A stretch of DNA of 24,000 nucleotides from Acaryochloris marina S15 (GTDB lineage Bacteria > Cyanobacteriota > Cyanobacteriia > Thermosynechococcales > Thermosynechococcaceae), in assembly GCF_018336915.1 (NCBI RefSeq), contig NZ_CP064923.1, positions 5,552,268 through 5,576,267 on the forward strand. The letters are read 5' to 3'. Under the pieces are notes generated by a model. The model worked only from the letters and a program-made list of their open reading frames with translations. It did not search any database and was not told the origin of the DNA. Shown in pieces: positions 19,825 to 24,000 of this stretch; the stretch's first letter is position 1; each line of letters starts with the position of its first letter. The position numbers and the translations under genes were made by a program.

Positions 19825-19869
19825 AGCTAAAGCGCCCAACTTGCATCTCACAAGTTGGGCGCTTTAGCT
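19825..19869. terminator. Bidirectional intrinsic terminator hairpin
   Basis: A perfect 19-bp stem (19825-19843 AGCTAAAGCGCCCAACTTG pairs with 19851-19869) encloses a 7-nt loop. It lies between the 3' end of the plus-strand CDS (19789) and the 3' end of the minus-strand tRNA (19881). Confidence 0.8.
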
Positions 19870-19880
19870 ATTGAAATCAA

Positions 19881-19953
19881 TCCAGGGTGCAGGAGTTGAA
19901 CCTGCCTAGGGCGAATTATGAGTTCGCTGCCTCAACCGCTCGGCCAACCCTGG
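19881..19953 (-). tRNA. tRNA with CAU anticodon, most likely tRNA-Ile2 (lysidine type); elongator tRNA-Met not excluded
   Basis: The reverse complement folds as a 73-nt cloverleaf. Acceptor stem: CCAGGGT/ACCCTGG. U8 and A14 are present. D-arm: GCCG-AGCGGTTG-AGGC. Anticodon stem GCGAA/TTCGC with loop CTCATAA. T-arm: GCAGG-TTCAACT-CCTGC. Discriminator A, and no encoded CCA. The D-arm and anticodon arm resemble plastid trnI-CAU as I recall it. Confidence 0.85.
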
Positions 19954-20180
19954 CTAAATAGCAGTTCTTATATCGTTTGGGATATGACTGTGCAATGCAG
20001 TTGAACAGTTTATCTACTTTCAACCACAGAATCCAGTGAAAATACCAGAATGACTATAGCACTATCCCCTAAGTTATATTATTACTGAATCTGGAAGTCA
20101 TTTTTATATGCACGTCCTGGTATTGCGCTCAGATAAAGCGTCTAAAGACATAGCTCTACTTTTTAACTTGATTCAAACGT

Positions 20181-20912
20181 GTGATCTTGGCAAAAGCGAA
20201 TAAGGCCTCAACCAACAAACCCCGAAATCGATTCAAGATTGATCCATCTATCAAACGCACAGTATTACTCCTACTGTTTATGTTGATAGTCGGATCCATC
20301 TGTGGTGCCGTAGGTTATGTGTTCGCCCGTCAATCTTTAAAAGGCATTACACAACCTGCCACAAACCCATTTCTGAAGGAGTCTGACGATTTAGATCGTC
20401 GCCCACGCCAAGGGGCCGATTTTCTTAACGAGAAAGACCTAATTGCCAAAGTTAAGTCTCAGACTAACGGTGCCAATATCGCCAAAGAGAAACAAAAAAC
20501 AGCACCCAAACCGAAGAAACCCAAATCTTCTGACACCAAAAAGGATCAAAAATCACAGCCGAAGTCTCTCCCGATCAAAGTCAACAATCAGGGAATGAAC
20601 TTTGAGGTCAAGTCTTTAGCCCGTGAGGATGATACGCTCATCCTTAACGTTGCCTTACAGAACAGTAGCGATGACACAATTCAGTTTGTCTATACTTTTT
20701 TAGATATTACTGACGATCAAGGGCAAGCCTTGTTCTCAGAAATTCGAGGGTTACCAACTGAGTTTAAACCTAAAGGAGAAATCTTCTTTGGCACAATCAA
20801 AATCTTGGATGTTCCGCCGGAAACCGTTGAAAAAGTCTCGATTTCCTTAAACGACTATCCTGACCAGAACGTCAAACTAGACATTCAAAATATCCCAGTC
20901 GCTGATGAGTAA
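20181..20912 (+). CDS. Hypothetical single-pass membrane protein with a Lys-rich spacer and a C-terminal beta-rich domain
   Basis: The 243-aa ORF has only non-ATG starts available (GTG 20181 or TTG 20187). It has a basic N-terminus, the TM helix TVLLLLFMLIVGSICGAVGYVF, the low-complexity stretch KEKQKTAPKPKKPKSSDTKKDQKSQPKS, and then a roughly 110-aa domain that may be a DUF4352-type beta-sandwich (unverified). Confidence 0.55.
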   Translation: MILAKANKASTNKPRNRFKIDPSIKRTVLLLLFMLIVGSICGAVGYVFARQSLKGITQPATNPFLKESDDLDRRPRQGADFLNEKDLIAKVKSQTNGANIAKEKQKTAPKPKKPKSSDTKKDQKSQPKSLPIKVNNQGMNFEVKSLAREDDTLILNVALQNSSDDTIQFVYTFLDITDDQGQALFSEIRGLPTEFKPKGEIFFGTIKILDVPPETVEKVSISLNDYPDQNVKLDIQNIPVADE

Positions 20913-20960
20913 GCGCCGATGGCACATGTCTCATAGGGGGCTGGCAAAATCGCGGCTGGT

Positions 20961-22424
20961 ATGACTCCACTCCCACTGCTTTTCTACTGGGCACAGCTCA
21001 GTACTCCCCGATTTTCTGATCAATTTCCAGTACTGAGTGTGCCTGAAATTGGATCGCGGTTGTTAGCCATTGCAGCCTTGATTATCATCAATGGTTTTTT
21101 TGTCACAGCTGAGTTTTCGATCGTTGCTGTTCGTCGCTCCCGCATCAATCAGTTAGTCCAAGAGGGAGATACTCAAGCCAAGTTAGTTCAGCAACTCCAG
21201 CAGGATATTGCTCGGTTGCTTTCAACGACTCAAATTGGGATTACCTTGTCTAGCTTAGCCTTAGGCTGGATAGGCGAACATACTGTCGCCGTGCTGATTA
21301 TCTCGTGGTTACGACAGAGTGCTCTCTCCAACTCAACTCAAGTATTTATCGCCCATACCCTAGCCATTCCCACAGCCTTTTTGGTCATTGCTTATCTGCA
21401 AATTGTGCTAGGGGAGTTATGCCCAAAAGCCCTCGCCTTACTCTATTCAGAAGAACTCGCTCGATTTTTAGGTCCGACTAGCCTAACGATTGCAAGGCTG
21501 TTTAACCCATTAATCTGGATTCTCAACCAATCCACTCGGTGCTTGCTCGGCATGGCTGGCATTGAATACTCAGATCGAGATTGGTATCACCAAGTCACCC
21601 CAGAAGAGCTGCAGTTAATGATTGCAACCTCCACGGAATCCACCGGATTAGAAGCTGACGAAAGAGAGTTACTCACCAATGTCTTCGAGTTTGCAGATGT
21701 CTTGGTGGAAGAAGTGATGATTCCTCGCACCCGTATTGACGCGTTGGAAGAATCTGTGACCTTTCAAATGCTGCTAGAAGAGGTAGCCCGGTCTGGCCAT
21801 AACTATTATCCAGTTATCGGAGAGTCTTTGGACGATATTCGCGGTATTGTTCGCTTCAAAGAGCTAGCCGTTGCTTTTGCTAAAGGAGACCTCCAAAATG
21901 ACACCTCAATCAAGGCATGGGTACAAACAGCTTGGTTCGTTCCTGAAGGCACCTTGATCAATGAGGTGCTGCAGCTCATGCAGAAATATCACCTAGATAT
22001 TGTCATGGTGAGGGAAGAAGAGGTCAATGGTACCGCGGGTTTGGTCACCTTGAATGATCTCGTTCATGAAATCATCGGTGGCGATGATGCAGCTGGCCAT
22101 GATTCCACTCCTCCCATTCAAGAGTTAGATAATCATACGTTCATCGTCCAGGCTCAAACAGACTTAGATGAAGTAAATGAGAATTTAGGGCTAGAGTTGC
22201 CTATTGTTGATGATTATCAAACCTTGGGCGGGTTTTTACTGTTTCAGCTGCAAAAGCTACCTCTCCCAGGAGAAGTTCACCACTTGTATAACCTAGAGTT
22301 CACGATCATCTCTACAGATGGTCCTCGTCTTGACCAAATCCAAATCCATAAATTAGAACTCGGAATCCGCTCAGATCTACCGACCCATTTGGGCACAACG
22401 ACTGATAGTACTCCCAACAATTAG
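20961..22424 (+). CDS. Hemolysin-family / CorC-type protein (DUF21 membrane domain, CBS pair, CorC_HlyC domain)
   Basis: The 487-aa ORF has an N-terminal four-helix DUF21-like region (FFVTAEFSIVAVRRSRI), a central CBS-pair region (VMIPRTRIDAL...) and a C-terminal transporter-associated domain. Confidence 0.85.
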   Translation: MTPLPLLFYWAQLSTPRFSDQFPVLSVPEIGSRLLAIAALIIINGFFVTAEFSIVAVRRSRINQLVQEGDTQAKLVQQLQQDIARLLSTTQIGITLSSLALGWIGEHTVAVLIISWLRQSALSNSTQVFIAHTLAIPTAFLVIAYLQIVLGELCPKALALLYSEELARFLGPTSLTIARLFNPLIWILNQSTRCLLGMAGIEYSDRDWYHQVTPEELQLMIATSTESTGLEADERELLTNVFEFADVLVEEVMIPRTRIDALEESVTFQMLLEEVARSGHNYYPVIGESLDDIRGIVRFKELAVAFAKGDLQNDTSIKAWVQTAWFVPEGTLINEVLQLMQKYHLDIVMVREEEVNGTAGLVTLNDLVHEIIGGDDAAGHDSTPPIQELDNHTFIVQAQTDLDEVNENLGLELPIVDDYQTLGGFLLFQLQKLPLPGEVHHLYNLEFTIISTDGPRLDQIQIHKLELGIRSDLPTHLGTTTDSTPNN

Positions 22425-22561
22425 GGGGACATCCTAGCCTATTGGCCCATAAAAATGGTCGAGAAAAAGTTCTCGATAACGACTTGTAAATACAGCGCTA
22501 TCGAGGAAATGAAGGTGGCTTAAAGCCTTATGGCAATATCAATTAGAGCCAGTCGCTCTAA

Positions 22562-22861
22562 CTAAGCTGTACCAGTAAAAACTACTTCAGGAAAGCGCGC
22601 TTTTGCCTCAGTGAGTGGGCGTCGACGTCCTTCTTCTTGCCAGTAGTTAATGACTTCTGTGGCTTTGTTAAGGATAGAGATTCGCTCAACTTCATCAATC
22701 CAGGTTTTTTTCTCTAATTCAGTTTTGAGATTTTCCCAGGCATCGTTTCGAGGCCAAAAGAAGTAAGAAGTTAGGGGACTACTCCCGTTGCCAACCACTT
22801 GATCCACTGCTAAGGCAACGTTTTCATCAAGCCAGAGCACTTTAAGAATAAACTTTGACAA
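22562..22861 (-). CDS. ycf65: Plastid-specific ribosomal protein 3 homologue (PSRP-3/Ycf65)
   Basis: The sequence [49 protein letters not shown] matches the conserved PSRP-3 core. I place the start at TTG 22861, preceded by GGAGG (complement of 22866-22870). The longer track ORF adds a non-conserved N-terminus. Confidence 0.85.
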   Translation of the reverse strand: MSKFILKVLWLDENVALAVDQVVGNGSSPLTSYFFWPRNDAWENLKTELEKKTWIDEVERISILNKATEVINYWQEEGRRRPLTEAKARFPEVVFTGTA

Positions 22862-22983
22862 TCTGCCTCCTAAAACTGAAAAAAAATTATCACTACAGCC
22901 CTCCATTATAGTTGATAACTCTTTATCTCCATCAAAAGCTTTGAGATTTCCTTTGTTCAGTCCCCCAGAGATATTGGAGACTT

Positions 22984-23580
22984 TTAGATTCCACCCGCTG
23001 GCATACCGCCATGACTCCGCGGATCGTCTTGATTCCCCCTGACTGCAGGTTGGAATATAGATGTTTGACCCATTGCTTTCGACGTTGGCAAAGTATCCTC
23101 AGCAACTAGCGCAGCTAAATTATCTGCCAAAATCTGTCGAGGCTGTTGTCCCACTGAGCTCGCTAAGGCTTCACCGCTACCATCCAGATACACAAAATGG
23201 GGAATGCCATCAACGTCAAATTTGAGCACTTCAGGCAGCCACTTGCTGTTGTCAACGTTCAACATCACAAAATTAACTTGATCAGAAAATTCTTGCTTGA
23301 GGCTGTGCATATCATCAGCCATGGCCTGACAACTCGTACACCAATTCGCATAGAACTCCATCAAGGTGGGTTTTTGATTCGTTAATGCGATTTCTATGGG
23401 GGTTGAATCAGCTGCTAGAGCTGATAAGGAAGGTTGTTCAGTTTGCTGGCGAGAACCGAAAAAGAGAGCGATACTGAGTGCGATCGCAACCATAGCAACC
23501 AAAAAATTTCTTAATCGTTGACTGGTCGTTGCTGTATCAGCCTCAGGATTGGACGGCATATCTGATGGATCTAAAGTCAT
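22984..23580 (-). CDS. txlA: Membrane-anchored thioredoxin-like thiol:disulfide interchange protein (TxlA-like)
   Basis: It has the thioredoxin-fold motif [10 protein letters not shown], an N-terminal TM anchor [16 protein letters not shown] and a [12 protein letters not shown] segment. The start is trimmed to ATG 23580 (MTLDPSD...), giving about 198 aa; upstream ATGs up to 23691 are possible. Confidence 0.75.
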   Translation of the reverse strand: MTLDPSDMPSNPEADTATTSQRLRNFLVAMVAIALSIALFFGSRQQTEQPSLSALAADSTPIEIALTNQKPTLMEFYANWCTSCQAMADDMHSLKQEFSDQVNFVMLNVDNSKWLPEVLKFDVDGIPHFVYLDGSGEALASSVGQQPRQILADNLAALVAEDTLPTSKAMGQTSIFQPAVRGNQDDPRSHGGMPAGGI

Positions 23581-24000
23581 GAGGTATCCAAGGTTGTGAC
23601 TAATCATTCCCATTCTCAGTTTAGTCATCCACTGGCTGAGTACACACATCTTTACCAAATAAAATCGAACCTTTGGCACTTTTGTCTTCATTTCCCTCGG
23701 TATCAGAGATTGAGACGGATCTCATACATTTTTCCGTACCCTAGCCAGTGATTTACCTCACAACTATCTATCTTCTAATCTTGTAATCTGCTAGATAATT
23801 TCCACAACAGCACTCACTCAATTCGATGTGGAATCAATAGCGACCAGACAATGGTCAGTCAGAAGATCTCAGCATTTTCTCTCAAGCTAATTAATCAGCG
23901 TTTAGCAACTCTCAGAAAACATTTATAAGGGGATTTAGGTGGGGGGCCTATGAAACTTAAAAATCAGCAGATGCTACCGCTCGACGAGCAACTCCGTCAA

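Noticed and set aside
23851-24000. A 25-codon ORF (23851-23928) and an in-frame partial ORF starting at ATG 23950 (MKLKNQQMLPLDEQLRQ) at the right edge.
   Set aside because: Both are too short to evaluate. That they share a frame may be coincidental, and the continuation lies outside the window.

Overview
This is a cyanobacterial chromosomal window, and I found no compelling multi-gene novel system such as a defence island, CRISPR array or retron. The taxonomic call rests on three things. There are nine perfect HIP1 octamers (GCGATCGC). There are cyanobacteria/plastid-type genes: PSRP-3/ycf65, TxlA-like thioredoxin and a PaO/Tic55-type Rieske oxygenase. The tRNA(CAU) resembles plastid trnI-CAU.

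Most of the window is housekeeping. Genes present are NIF3, hisD, a kinase-fold protein, a RimJ-like GNAT, a GFA-family protein, ubiX, a vanZ-VOC-MOSC operon, pyrG, a ROK kinase, ispF, a CorC/HlyC-type CBS protein, ycf65 and txlA.

Five non-routine observations stand out:
1. An IS1634-family element (1104-2866, 8-bp target duplication GATAGATC) splits a Cas4/RecB-like PD-(D/E)XK nuclease gene. The gene reads through in frame once the IS is removed in silico.
2. A roughly 67-68-nt AT-rich palindromic mini-insert sits in the 3' end of the Rieske oxygenase gene. It pushes the conserved C-terminal membrane anchor out of frame.
3. Two unusually long AT-rich non-coding tracts (about 780 bp and 620 bp) flank that oxygenase gene. 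The first holds two crossed terminator hairpins, which suggests convergent small RNAs.
4. A tandem pair of signal-peptide proteins carries three copies of an exactly 87-aa domain that I cannot assign to any family. A third secreted protein follows, then a perfect 19-bp bidirectional terminator shared with the tRNA. This is the best candidate for genuinely uncharacterised biology.
5. Several genes show tight translational coupling or overlaps.
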